A DNA stretch of 63,524 bases, counting the filler, from Nanobdellota archaeon (GTDB taxonomy: Archaea; Nanobdellota; Nanobdellia; Woesearchaeales; CAZZGN01): NCBI GenBank assembly GCA_051819665.1. It is 7 parts of 5 records of this genome, joined end to end, with 100 filler letters (N's around TTAATTAATTAA, not from the genome) between each part and the next. Parts side by side here need not be neighbours in the genome. Positions count along the whole stretch, not along the records: positions 12,961 to 40,043 come from JBNJDG010000010.1; 6 more parts are not named here. One strand, written 5' to 3'. The translations under genes and the position numbers were made by a program. The notes below the pieces were generated by a model, which was not told where the DNA came from, searched no databases, and saw only the letters and a program-made list of their open reading frames with translations. Positions 27,439 to 36,270 of the stretch are shown piece by piece; within the stretch, counting starts at the first letter, position 1; each line of letters begins with the position of its first letter.

Positions 27439-27628
27439 TCTGTCCCATTATGCTACCTTGTGTAGCATTATCGTACCTGGGTTGATATAGGGCAAGGCCC
27501 TTATGTGGGAATCCGGGCGGCGGCGTTTCTAATTCCTTAAATACCGAATTTGAACCTCCGGTTCATGCTCAATAACTCCGTTATTGGTACCAAGGTCGCT
27601 TCGCTCCCCCGGAATCCGGGCGGCGGCG
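27423..27628 (+). repeat. Array of three tRNA 3'-end copies separated by two different structured inserts
   Basis: AATCCGGGCGGCGGCG at 27423 (within the tRNA), 27510 and 27613. Insert A is 27439-27509 (71 nt) and insert B is 27526-27612 (87 nt). Confidence 0.95.
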
Positions 27629-27651
27629 TTTCTAATTTCTTAATACCCCAC

Positions 27652-29022
27652 TCAGACCATCTCTGCTGTATAGAGATATACATCCGTATCAGGATCCTTC
27701 CAGCAATCTTCTTCCATGTTCCCCTTCGTGCATAAACGTGAAAGGAATGTCTCCCCATCATCCATCTTATCCCAGACAGACGGGAGATAAGTGGCGGAAC
27801 TGAAACCTCTCTCAAGAATCACCCCATGGCTCTCATTAAGATGGTCAAGAAGCTCTTCCCCATGCTTATCCACACCCTTAGGTTTGGTAAGGATGCTTAT
27901 CTCGATCTCAATATCATCAAGTTCGGACTCTTCCAGATCATCAAACCTTTTATCATGAAGAGCCGCATTCTTCGCGTTCTCCAAAACACACCTATAAAGT
28001 TCATTCTCAGGATAAAGATCCCCTGTACATCCTCTGAGGCGGCCGTTCTTATACAGAGTAACGAAACAGCCCCTCTCCTCTTTCATCTTCTTAGATATAT
28101 TCTCAGGCTCATAAGAGCTCTCACTGAATAAGGACCTAAGCCTGTCCCGGGCTATCTGCTCAAGTTTCCCGAGATCTTTCTCCTGTTTGTAGGAAAGAGA
28201 AGCATAGCCGACCACACTGGACATCTTGCCGGCCACATCCCCTGAGTTATGGTAATCTATGAGCTCAGGTGACCAGCCTCTCTGTTCAGCTATCCTGTCA
28301 ATGATCTTTATAGCATAGATGCCACAGGCTTCACACTTTATAGGGGTTTCGTTAAGCAGTGTATCTATGCATGTCATATCAAGTTCCCTTGCTTCCGAGT
28401 AAGTGTGATAATGGGAAAGATCAGAGCTTACAACAAGGAGGGTATTCTCATCAAGATGCTCTTCTATTATTTTAGCTGCTTCTTCTATCTCTCCCCTGTC
28501 AAGCCTGCTCGTAATCATAGGGACTATAGAGAAATCATCGAGCTTCCTCTGGAGGAATGGAAGCTCAACCTCTATCACATGAGACCGGTGAGCTCTCTCA
28601 TCATGAGTGAATAGATCATGCTCTCTCAGATTCCGGCTCAGGGATGATAATTTCACATTCCCGAGAGGTGTCTCATAAGCGCTCTTATTGGAGACAGATA
28701 TGCCCCTGAAAGAAGCCTCCGCATTATGATTTGTGGCTATGAGAATGACCCTGTCATAATCCCCGCTGATCCTTGAGAAGCCTTTGCCCGCCACATCACC
28801 AGAATAAGCATAACCTGCATGAGGCACTATCAATGCCCTCACCTCATTGTCCGTTCTCCCTTCAAGGAGAGAGTCAACCTTATCAGCAAGTCCGAGTGAA
28901 GGATAGAACCTGCCGGAGAACCTGTCTTTCCTTACATCCTCTTCATTAGGAAAGAGGAGAGGCAGGGACAAAACCACTGCTACAAGAATAAACGATACAA
29001 TCAACGGTCTTTTCATCATCAA
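27652..29022 (-). CDS. AmmeMemoRadiSam protein B (Memo-like) fused to protein A (AMMECR1), with an N-terminal membrane anchor
   Basis: GRFYP, IVPHAGYAYSG, HVIEVELPFLQ, SSDLSHY and VVGYAS, then RGCFVTL..NGRLRGCTG, IEISILT and ATYLPSVW. Confidence 0.9.
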   Translation of the reverse strand: MMMKRPLIVSFILVAVVLSLPLLFPNEEDVRKDRFSGRFYPSLGLADKVDSLLEGRTDNEVRALIVPHAGYAYSGDVAGKGFSRISGDYDRVILIATNHNAEASFRGISVSNKSAYETPLGNVKLSSLSRNLREHDLFTHDERAHRSHVIEVELPFLQRKLDDFSIVPMITSRLDRGEIEEAAKIIEEHLDENTLLVVSSDLSHYHTYSEARELDMTCIDTLLNETPIKCEACGIYAIKIIDRIAEQRGWSPELIDYHNSGDVAGKMSSVVGYASLSYKQEKDLGKLEQIARDRLRSLFSESSYEPENISKKMKEERGCFVTLYKNGRLRGCTGDLYPENELYRCVLENAKNAALHDKRFDDLEESELDDIEIEISILTKPKGVDKHGEELLDHLNESHGVILERGFSSATYLPSVWDKMDDGETFLSRLCTKGNMEEDCWKDPDTDVYLYTAEMV

Positions 29023-29046
29023 TTCCTCATGTCAACAAACCAAACC

Positions 29047-29835
29047 TTAATCTGCCTTCCTCTTCAAAGAGAAAAGGCTTTTCAGATCATCCCTGTGGTT
29101 CCTGAATATGAAATATAAAGCAACTATCGCAAATACAAGGCTCTGGAGCTGCCCCATGTTAAAACCGAGGAGAATTGAAGGATCATCCCTCCAGATATCT
29201 GTTATCACCCTGCCCAGATTATCAAGGAACAAGAAATTCCAGAATATGAAACCGGCTTTCCACGCATTCCTTCTCAGGAGAATAAGGATACCGAAAACAA
29301 GGAATCTCTTAAATGCCTCATATAACTGTGACGGGTGCCGGCAGCCTTCATGGTAAGGGAACTTCACACACCAGGGAAGATTCTCCGCTATCCTTCCGGG
29401 AAGCTCTCCGTTGACGAAATTCGCCAGCCTCCCAATGCCTAAAAAAAGTACACCCGGTAAAGAGAGCAGGTCAGCTATCCTCAGGAAACTCTTCCCTTTC
29501 TTCCTCGAGAAGATATAAGCACCTATGCCCATGCCTATAAGCCCTCCATGGAAAGCCATTCCGCCTTCCCAGATATAGAATATCCTCAACGGATCAGACA
29601 GGTAATAGGAAGGCTGCCAGAATACTGCTTCGAAAATCCTCGCCCCTGCGAGCATGCCTATCATCAGATAGACGAGCAGAGTATCTATATCCTTCTCCTT
29701 CAAGCCTATATCATCCCTGTACCTCCTTAAGAGCCAATAGGCTATAAGGAAGCCGAGAGCATATACAAGCCCGTAATATCTTACCTCTATTGGACCCAGG
29801 GAAAATATAGTAGGGTCGAGATTGTGGACGAACAT
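29047..29835 (-). CDS. lgt: Prolipoprotein diacylglyceryl transferase
   Basis: VRYYGLVY, GARI, IWEGGMAFHGG, GIGRLANFVNGELPGR and RHPSQLYE. Confidence 0.93.
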   Translation of the reverse strand: MFVHNLDPTIFSLGPIEVRYYGLVYALGFLIAYWLLRRYRDDIGLKEKDIDTLLVYLMIGMLAGARIFEAVFWQPSYYLSDPLRIFYIWEGGMAFHGGLIGMGIGAYIFSRKKGKSFLRIADLLSLPGVLFLGIGRLANFVNGELPGRIAENLPWCVKFPYHEGCRHPSQLYEAFKRFLVFGILILLRRNAWKAGFIFWNFLFLDNLGRVITDIWRDDPSILLGFNMGQLQSLVFAIVALYFIFRNHRDDLKSLFSLKRKAD

Positions 29836-29924
29836 ATACAGGTAAGCAGGAGATGTTCCTTAATAAAATTATTGAAAATCAATCATCCATAAAATTTATA
29901 ATGTATCACTTTATCTTTAGTAAT

Positions 29925-30509
29925 ATGGAGATAATAAGCAGACTTCCGAAGAGGATGAGAAAGGATGCTCTTGAGATATACCATGATGCTTTCTTCAAGA
30001 AGGAAAGGCTGAAGTTCCTACCAAGCTCGAAGAAACAGGCGATGAAGATATATGAGAAGGGGGCGGATTTCAGGTCAGGCCTTTATGCTCTTGAGGACGG
30101 GAAAGTCATCGGCGTTCTCGGCCTTCAGTCAAAGAAAAGGAGACTTATAAATTACCGTCTTAACAGCTTCCTTCAGGAATTCGGTATCTTCGGAGGTTTG
30201 TTCAGGAGATTATGGTCCCTGTTCTCAGACATACTGCCCCTGCATAAAGACGAGCTTAAGATAGACGCTGTTGCTGTGGATGAAGGGCAGAGAGGAAGAG
30301 GTATAGGCACTAAGCTCATAGCGAAAGCGAGAGAGATCGCAAAGAGAAGATCCTATAAGAGGCTCGTCCTGAATGTTGTCAATACCAATCCAAAAGCAGA
30401 GAGATTATACAAACGCCTCGGTTTCAGGACCATCAATAAAAGATATTTCGGTTTCATAACGAAGAAAGCAGGCTATACCTCACTTAAGAAAATGGCTCTG
30501 GATCTCTGA
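29925..30509 (+). CDS. GNAT-family acetyltransferase
   Basis: AVAVDEGQRGRGIGTKL and NPKAERLYKRLGF. Confidence 0.9.
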   Translation: MEIISRLPKRMRKDALEIYHDAFFKKERLKFLPSSKKQAMKIYEKGADFRSGLYALEDGKVIGVLGLQSKKRRLINYRLNSFLQEFGIFGGLFRRLWSLFSDILPLHKDELKIDAVAVDEGQRGRGIGTKLIAKAREIAKRRSYKRLVLNVVNTNPKAERLYKRLGFRTINKRYFGFITKKAGYTSLKKMALDL

Positions 30510-30863
30510 TCACCAGTTATTTATCTCTTTCTCGACCATGCTCTTCCAGTTGTTTATCATGCTGAGCATCTGATCCTTTATATCCTTCTTATCCTTGATC
30601 ATGTAGGAGAAAATATAACCGCCCTTGTCGAGGTTCTGCTGTTTCCTGAGAACAAGATTCTTCTCAGTAAGTCTCTTTATGGACTTCTGCACTGAGCTCC
30701 TGTCAAGACCCATCAGGTCAGCTATCTCTGATGTAGTTAGGTATTGGTCCTTGCCGAGCATGAACATGAAGAGCCTGTAATCTGTCTTGTTAAGCTCGAA
30801 GCTACACATCACAAGATCCTTCAGCTCTATCTGTTTGCATGCAAAACTTATTATTTTAATCAC
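30510..30863 (-). CDS. TrmB-like / MarR-type winged-helix transcriptional regulator
   Basis: TTSEIADLMGLDRSSVQKSIKRL...LDKGGYIFSY. Confidence 0.85.
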   Translation of the reverse strand: MIKIISFACKQIELKDLVMCSFELNKTDYRLFMFMLGKDQYLTTSEIADLMGLDRSSVQKSIKRLTEKNLVLRKQQNLDKGGYIFSYMIKDKKDIKDQMLSMINNWKSMVEKEINNW

Positions 30864-31194
30864 CGAATAAATCCATGAACTTATCGAACAAGCCCTTCTT
30901 CTTCTCTTCCCATCTCTCCCTGCCTAAACTTATATTTATAGCTTTTGAAAGACCGTTCCTCGAAGGAGTGCCTGTCATCCCGATAGGTTCAGGATGTTCA
31001 GGACCATTTATGATCAATGTAGGCGTGGACATTATCCCGTATTTCTGTGCCTTACTTCTTCCCTCATTTGTAGCCACACTCATCTCTTCTGTCTCAGCAT
31101 CCTCCCTCCCGGCAGTGATCTCTTTAGCCACTTTGACTGCCGAAGGACAATGAGGACAGGTGGGAGAGGTGAAGACCTCAACTTTCGCTTTCAT
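30856..31194 (-). CDS. Thioredoxin/glutaredoxin-like protein (CPHC)
   Basis: EVFTSPTCPHCP and YGIMSTPTLIING. Confidence 0.9.
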   Translation of the reverse strand: MKAKVEVFTSPTCPHCPSAVKVAKEITAGREDAETEEMSVATNEGRSKAQKYGIMSTPTLIINGPEHPEPIGMTGTPSRNGLSKAINISLGRERWEEKKKGLFDKFMDLFGD

Positions 31195-31352
31195 CCTATC
31201 ACCTTCTCAAGAGGGCAAAAGCCCGTATATGACGATTGCATCATGTTCAGCCCTATAAATGCTGTGAAGAAGATCCAGTATATGGAATGGAAATAGACCA
31301 GCACAGCAGATATGAGCACCATCAACCCAATTGCAAATCTCAGCCTGTTCAT
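31191..31352 (-). CDS. DUF2892 / YgaP-like small membrane protein (53 aa, not in the ORF track)
   Basis: MNRLRFAIGLMVLISAVLVYFHSIYWIFFTAFIGLNMMQSSYTGFCPLEKVIG*; ATGA overlaps at both ends. Confidence 0.85.
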   Translation of the reverse strand: MNRLRFAIGLMVLISAVLVYFHSIYWIFFTAFIGLNMMQSSYTGFCPLEKVIG

Positions 31353-32596
31353 CTTTTAGCACCCTTCTTCTTTCTCTTGAAGATCTGGTTGCCTATGCCT
31401 GCAACCATGACGAGAGCGAAAGCGCCCAGCCCCATCCTCAGATAAGGATTCGGGGCTTCACCTGTAACATCAAATTCAGCTCTCCTCGCATATGTATAAA
31501 TGTTTTCGTCACCCTCGTCACTATCACCTTTCGATCTTATCAGGACTTTGAAATCATGCTCCCTGATCGTCGCATCTCTCATAACATCTATATCGAACAT
31601 AACTGTACCGTTCTCTCCCGGTTCCAGCTCGCCTAGGTAATTGCTCCTCACATCAAAATCGAATGGCTGGGAGTTCTGTTTCAATAACCTCACATCCACG
31701 GATTCTGCACTTTCAGTACCCGTATTCTTCACAGTAATCCCTAACTCTCCCGAATTCCCTGCAAGAGAGCTGCCATCTGAAGAGGTTACCTCAAGATAAG
31801 GCCTCGGCTTGATCCTGAAAGGGATCTGAGTCATCTTCGAATATTCGTTATTGTCAAGGTCCATGTAGTCAAAATCATACTTAAGTGTGTGCCTGCCGGG
31901 TTCTATCTTATCATCAACATCGACAAAGGAAGTTATCTCTTTCTTCTGGCCGGCCTTGACCATCCCTACCCAGCGCCTGTTATCCCCTGCATATGAGGTT
32001 TCCATGCCTTCCGGGAGATCAAGATCCAGCTCGACCGATTTAGCATCCTTCTCTCCGCTGTTCTCGACGAAAGAGACTATTTTCACGTAATTATCCCCCG
32101 GCCTTACCTCCGCAGGTTGTGTCTCGATCGTGGATAAGTCGAGGATAATGCCCTCTTTTTTCACCGGCATCCTGAACCTTATGAAACTCTCAGAGTCCAG
32201 AGGCTCTCCGTTCTCATACCACTGCCCGACAAGCCTGAATTCATAGTTGCCTGCAGGAGCATCATTATTCACCTTGACCCTGAACTTCTTGTTATAATGA
32301 CCACCTGCATAAATAGCCCCTCCAAGCTGGTTACCTTCCGTGTCCTGGAGAGTAACAAACTTCTCAGTAAGTTCATCATCAGATTCAAGGGTCACCCTGA
32401 ACTCGTAATCGGGATTGTTTATCCTGTCATCACTGAACGAATTCGCCTCATGATGATACCTCACCACTATGTCAACCTCGTCACCGCTGGCAATCACAGC
32501 AGGGTCATAATGCACATTGTCCATTACAAGCCTCGCATCAACACCCGTAGCCATGATTGCAAAAACCAAAACCATCATTAAAATCATCTTTCTCAT
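31349..32596 (-). CDS. COG1361-type S-layer / Ig-like surface protein
   Basis: Signal peptide, repeated VENSGEKDAKSV / VKNTGTESAESV Ig-like domains, LGELEPGE, and a C-terminal TM with basic tail. Confidence 0.85.
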   Translation of the reverse strand: MRKMILMMVLVFAIMATGVDARLVMDNVHYDPAVIASGDEVDIVVRYHHEANSFSDDRINNPDYEFRVTLESDDELTEKFVTLQDTEGNQLGGAIYAGGHYNKKFRVKVNNDAPAGNYEFRLVGQWYENGEPLDSESFIRFRMPVKKEGIILDLSTIETQPAEVRPGDNYVKIVSFVENSGEKDAKSVELDLDLPEGMETSYAGDNRRWVGMVKAGQKKEITSFVDVDDKIEPGRHTLKYDFDYMDLDNNEYSKMTQIPFRIKPRPYLEVTSSDGSSLAGNSGELGITVKNTGTESAESVDVRLLKQNSQPFDFDVRSNYLGELEPGENGTVMFDIDVMRDATIREHDFKVLIRSKGDSDEGDENIYTYARRAEFDVTGEAPNPYLRMGLGAFALVMVAGIGNQIFKRKKKGAKR

Positions 32597-33675
32597 CTTC
32601 TCACCTCGTAAGTGTAAATAAGTACCGGCAGCAGGAATACTGCACCGGTCAGAGTGAACAGGATCCCTATAGCCAGCATCACTCCCAGGACTTTCATCGC
32701 CGGAAGCACACCGAACAATAGTGCGAGGAAACCCGCACTCGTAGTAAGAGATGCACCGAGCATCGCCCTGAGAAGCTCCTTCACTGTCTCTATAAGTGAT
32801 CTTTTCTTGTCCATCTTTTTTCTCTTCTCAAAATAGCTATGGACCTGATGGATACCGAAATCTATTCCAAGGCCCATTATCATCGCCGCTGCTACCATGG
32901 AGACGACTGTTATCGTAAGGCCGAGATAGCCTACGAGACCCATTGTCCATAGAAGGGCAACAATAAGGACTGACAGGGGAAGCATTGTCTTCCCAAGCCT
33001 CCTGAAAGTAAGGAAGACCACAATCCCCACGAACAACATACTGAAAAGGGTTATCTTCGCAAAGTCAGACATTATGACCTCGAAAGTGGCCTTGTCAATA
33101 GCATTAAATCCGGTGATCTCTGTCCTCGCTCCCGGGTTCTGTGATTCCAGGTCAGCTATGTCCTTCTCAAGGCTCTCTACTACCTGATTGATAAGTTCCG
33201 CAGAAGCCCCTGTATCGGATTTTATATGTATCACAGACATCGAATAAGCAGAATTCACGTACCTCGATGCCATATCATTCTCCCTTAAGTTATACTTGAC
33301 TTCACTCAATGAATTACCTTCAGTGATATCGGCAAGGGTCTCAACATTCATTATATACTCATTCTCTGACACTTTCTGCTTTATCAGGTCAAGATATTCC
33401 AGGAAATCAGGATTCCTCACATCATGGACCGGAGATTCGGGATAGACGAGGACATACATCATATCCGCACCGAAATCCTCCCTCATCTGATTCATGGTCT
33501 CTACTTCCTCTATATCATCGGGAAGTACCTTCTCGAGGGAAGGCTCTATATTACCTACCAGATTGAATATACCTGGTATCATGACAAGGGTTATGAGTAT
33601 GAAGATGCCTATGAACAGATGCGGCCTCTTTATCTGCTGTTTCGCCAACCTCTCTGCAATATCCTCTAACATCAT
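32593..33675 (-). CDS. RND/MMPL-family transporter, half-size subunit
   Basis: IMGLGIDFGIHQV and ASLTTSAGFLAL. Confidence 0.88.
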   Translation of the reverse strand: MMLEDIAERLAKQQIKRPHLFIGIFILITLVMIPGIFNLVGNIEPSLEKVLPDDIEEVETMNQMREDFGADMMYVLVYPESPVHDVRNPDFLEYLDLIKQKVSENEYIMNVETLADITEGNSLSEVKYNLRENDMASRYVNSAYSMSVIHIKSDTGASAELINQVVESLEKDIADLESQNPGARTEITGFNAIDKATFEVIMSDFAKITLFSMLFVGIVVFLTFRRLGKTMLPLSVLIVALLWTMGLVGYLGLTITVVSMVAAAMIMGLGIDFGIHQVHSYFEKRKKMDKKRSLIETVKELLRAMLGASLTTSAGFLALLFGVLPAMKVLGVMLAIGILFTLTGAVFLLPVLIYTYEVRR

Positions 33676-33677
33676 AA

Positions 33678-34829
33678 TCACTTCTCACATTTCTCCTTAT
33701 CTGTCGCAAGACGTAATTCTCCTTCCACTCCGAACTTAAGCCTCTTCTTCAGCCAATATATCAATCTCTCTTCCACCACCAATAACGCAGGCAGGCCGAA
33801 CAATGAGAAGACCAGGGAATACCCTATACCTATGGCCATCAGTACACCGAACCTTCCCATCTCAGGCATAACACCAATGAGAAAAGCAAGGAATGCGGAT
33901 ATGGTGGTTATCGATGTAGCTGTCAATGCAGTACCTGTGTCAACAACAGCCATCTCGGCAGCATGCCTTACAGTATAACCTTTCTTCCTCTCATACCTGA
34001 ACTTGTTCATGATATGGATGGCAAAATCTATACCTATACCGATGACCATCGCAGCTACCCCTCCCGCCAGTGTTGATATTGGAAGATTGGTATAACCCAT
34101 CGTGCCGTAAAGCCAGTTGACGCTTACTGTTACAACAAGTATTGGCACGATGGCACTGGTTATAGTACCGAAGATCAGCATAGTTATTATGAAGACCATC
34201 AGGGTGGATATCCACTGAGTATTCGAACGATCCTGAGCGATAAGCTCACCGAGTCTCTGCTGGATTATAGGTGTCCCTGTGAACTTCACCTTAACTCCAG
34301 GGGGAGTCCCTGCACTCTCAACATCCTTCTTGATCTTCCTTGAGAGGAGGTTCATCCTCGGGTCGTCAGCACTCACATCAGTTGTCGCCAGGAGAATAGT
34401 CTTCGATCTGTCATGGCTAAGATACCTGGAGAGTTGCTCTTCGTTCCTTGCATCGAGCATCGAGTGTGTCCCTATCACGTCAGGCTCGGATGAGATGAGC
34501 TCATCGATATGAGAGACATAGTCCTTTACACGCTCGTCAGTCATATCGAAGACACCACCAGGGTCAGAACTCTGCCTGTCGACCTCAAGGACAACGGCGA
34601 TCATGTCCTGACCCATATGGTTATCCCTCAGAGTGTTGAAGGCCTTTATCTCTTCTACCTCAGGAGGCATCATCTGTTCTAATGATGCGACTGTCCTCAC
34701 CTGGGATACCCCTCCTACTATCGCAATAGTCAAAGTCAGGATAATAAGAAGGCTCAGGTAGGGCCTCTCAACCTGGAAATGAGAGAGTTTCTTCAGTATA
34801 TGATGATAAAGTCCTTTCACTCTGATCAC
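33678..34829 (-). CDS. RND/MMPL-family transporter, half-size subunit
   Basis: FTGTPII, VIGIGIDFAIHIM and TSITTISAFLA. Confidence 0.88.
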   Translation of the reverse strand: MIRVKGLYHHILKKLSHFQVERPYLSLLIILTLTIAIVGGVSQVRTVASLEQMMPPEVEEIKAFNTLRDNHMGQDMIAVVLEVDRQSSDPGGVFDMTDERVKDYVSHIDELISSEPDVIGTHSMLDARNEEQLSRYLSHDRSKTILLATTDVSADDPRMNLLSRKIKKDVESAGTPPGVKVKFTGTPIIQQRLGELIAQDRSNTQWISTLMVFIITMLIFGTITSAIVPILVVTVSVNWLYGTMGYTNLPISTLAGGVAAMVIGIGIDFAIHIMNKFRYERKKGYTVRHAAEMAVVDTGTALTATSITTISAFLAFLIGVMPEMGRFGVLMAIGIGYSLVFSLFGLPALLVVEERLIYWLKKRLKFGVEGELRLATDKEKCEK

Positions 34830-34833
34830 TCAT

Positions 34834-35157
34834 CTATTCAAGTCTCTTGTCTATCTCTTTCTTGAAGTCGTCCTTGGACATGGCTCCGACTATCCTGTCA
34901 GCTTCCTCACCTTTCTTGTAGATGACCATCGTGGGGATGCTCATCACACCATTGTCAGCAGCAAGCTGCTGGTTCTCTTCAGTATTCACCTTAGCGAACT
35001 TGAGCTTTCCCTCGTAATCTTTCGATGCCTCCTCAAAGACAGGACCCATTATCTTGCACGGTCCGCACCAGTCTGCCCAGAAATCAACTATCACTGGCAG
35101 ATCACTCTGTTTTACTTCCTTGTCGAAGTTTTCTTTGTTCAAATGTACTACTGTCAT
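34834..35157 (-). CDS. trxA: Thioredoxin
   Basis: VDFWADWCGPC and GVMSIPT. Confidence 0.95.
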   Translation of the reverse strand: MTVVHLNKENFDKEVKQSDLPVIVDFWADWCGPCKIMGPVFEEASKDYEGKLKFAKVNTEENQQLAADNGVMSIPTMVIYKKGEEADRIVGAMSKDDFKKEIDKRLE

Positions 35158-35333
35158 AAATCATCACCTCGTGTGTAGTATTCGGTTGTGTAAGAGTTAG
35201 TCACAACTCATTTAAAAAGGTGCTGGAGTTGTGAGAAAAAGGGATAATGAAAATCACAATCAGTCAGAGAGGGAGAAGATTTCTATGTTCACAAACGAAA
35301 AGGAAGTCATACTCACTTAGTCAGGAAAATAAG

Positions 35334-36230
35334 TCACCTTTTTGCATTCACCAAGGCCTCTACTGAAAAGGCAGTCGTGATTACCCTGCTTCCAAAATAC
35401 ACATCCTTGCTGCCATACTTGTATATTGAGTCTGCAGGGAAGCTCCCGTCAGGATTCTGTAAATCACTGAGCCTCTTAGAATCAACCTTATCTTTCAAGC
35501 CGAGCCTGTATGCGGAAGTTATCCTCATAGCCATATCAAGAGGATGATCTGTTCTACCCAATCTTCTTCCATTAATCCCCCTGAGCAGTCGATTGAACTC
35601 GCTTTCGGAAGAGAAAAAAGACGTAAGATTGCTTGCAAAATATACTGCTGCATCGGGGGAAAAATAATACCTAGAGCCCTTTGAAAACCTTCCCTCTTTG
35701 AAAAACCTGGTTATTTCCTTCAATTGTTCATCCGCTTCATTCTCAAAACCATTCATATAAAGAAAATGACATATATTAGATAAAGCCACTTCATCAAATC
35801 TGTTCTTTCTGGAATATTGTTCAGGATGGAAATAGACATTGATCCTGCCGTTATCTTTATTATCAGCAATCTTCCAAGCAATATCGGATAAATCTTCCTT
35901 ATCCAGATCACCCGATTCAATCAATGTAGAGAGGGTAAAAGATGTAGTATCCGCATCTGGAGGTAAGAGGCTCTTATCCTCAAAAAAATGCACCGAAAAA
36001 TCATCATTCATATTACTCCTTATATGATCGACAACCCTCTTCCTAGTTGAAGAATGACCATCCCTCGCCAAAGCTGTCCGGAGAACTAAAACTGAAGAAC
36101 CTATCTCTTTAGGAGCAGGCTCAGGAGAGTTTATCCTCCTATCATGTGAAAGGCTGCAAAAGTAAGACCCTCCTGCATCCTTATTCTTAAGATAAGCTAA
36201 AGCCCCTTGAACCTGTCCATCAAGCCCCAT
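35334..36230 (-). CDS. Class II terpene cyclase beta-domain-like protein (DxDTT type)
   Basis: LPPDADTTS, SRYYFSPD and QNPDGSFP..IYKYGS..YFGSRVITTAFSVEAL resemble the terpene-cyclase domain of drimenol-synthase / AstC-type enzymes. Confidence 0.6.
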   Translation of the reverse strand: MGLDGQVQGALAYLKNKDAGGSYFCSLSHDRRINSPEPAPKEIGSSVLVLRTALARDGHSSTRKRVVDHIRSNMNDDFSVHFFEDKSLLPPDADTTSFTLSTLIESGDLDKEDLSDIAWKIADNKDNGRINVYFHPEQYSRKNRFDEVALSNICHFLYMNGFENEADEQLKEITRFFKEGRFSKGSRYYFSPDAAVYFASNLTSFFSSESEFNRLLRGINGRRLGRTDHPLDMAMRITSAYRLGLKDKVDSKRLSDLQNPDGSFPADSIYKYGSKDVYFGSRVITTAFSVEALVNAKR

Positions 36231-36270
36231 AAGTTAATAAGGAATAAAATGATATAAATAATTACCGGGC

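Noticed and set aside
1..27787. A 4.4-kb genomic inverted repeat or invertible segment
   Set aside because: The two copies are on different contigs and contain single-copy housekeeping genes. A redundant strain-variant contig is the simpler explanation.
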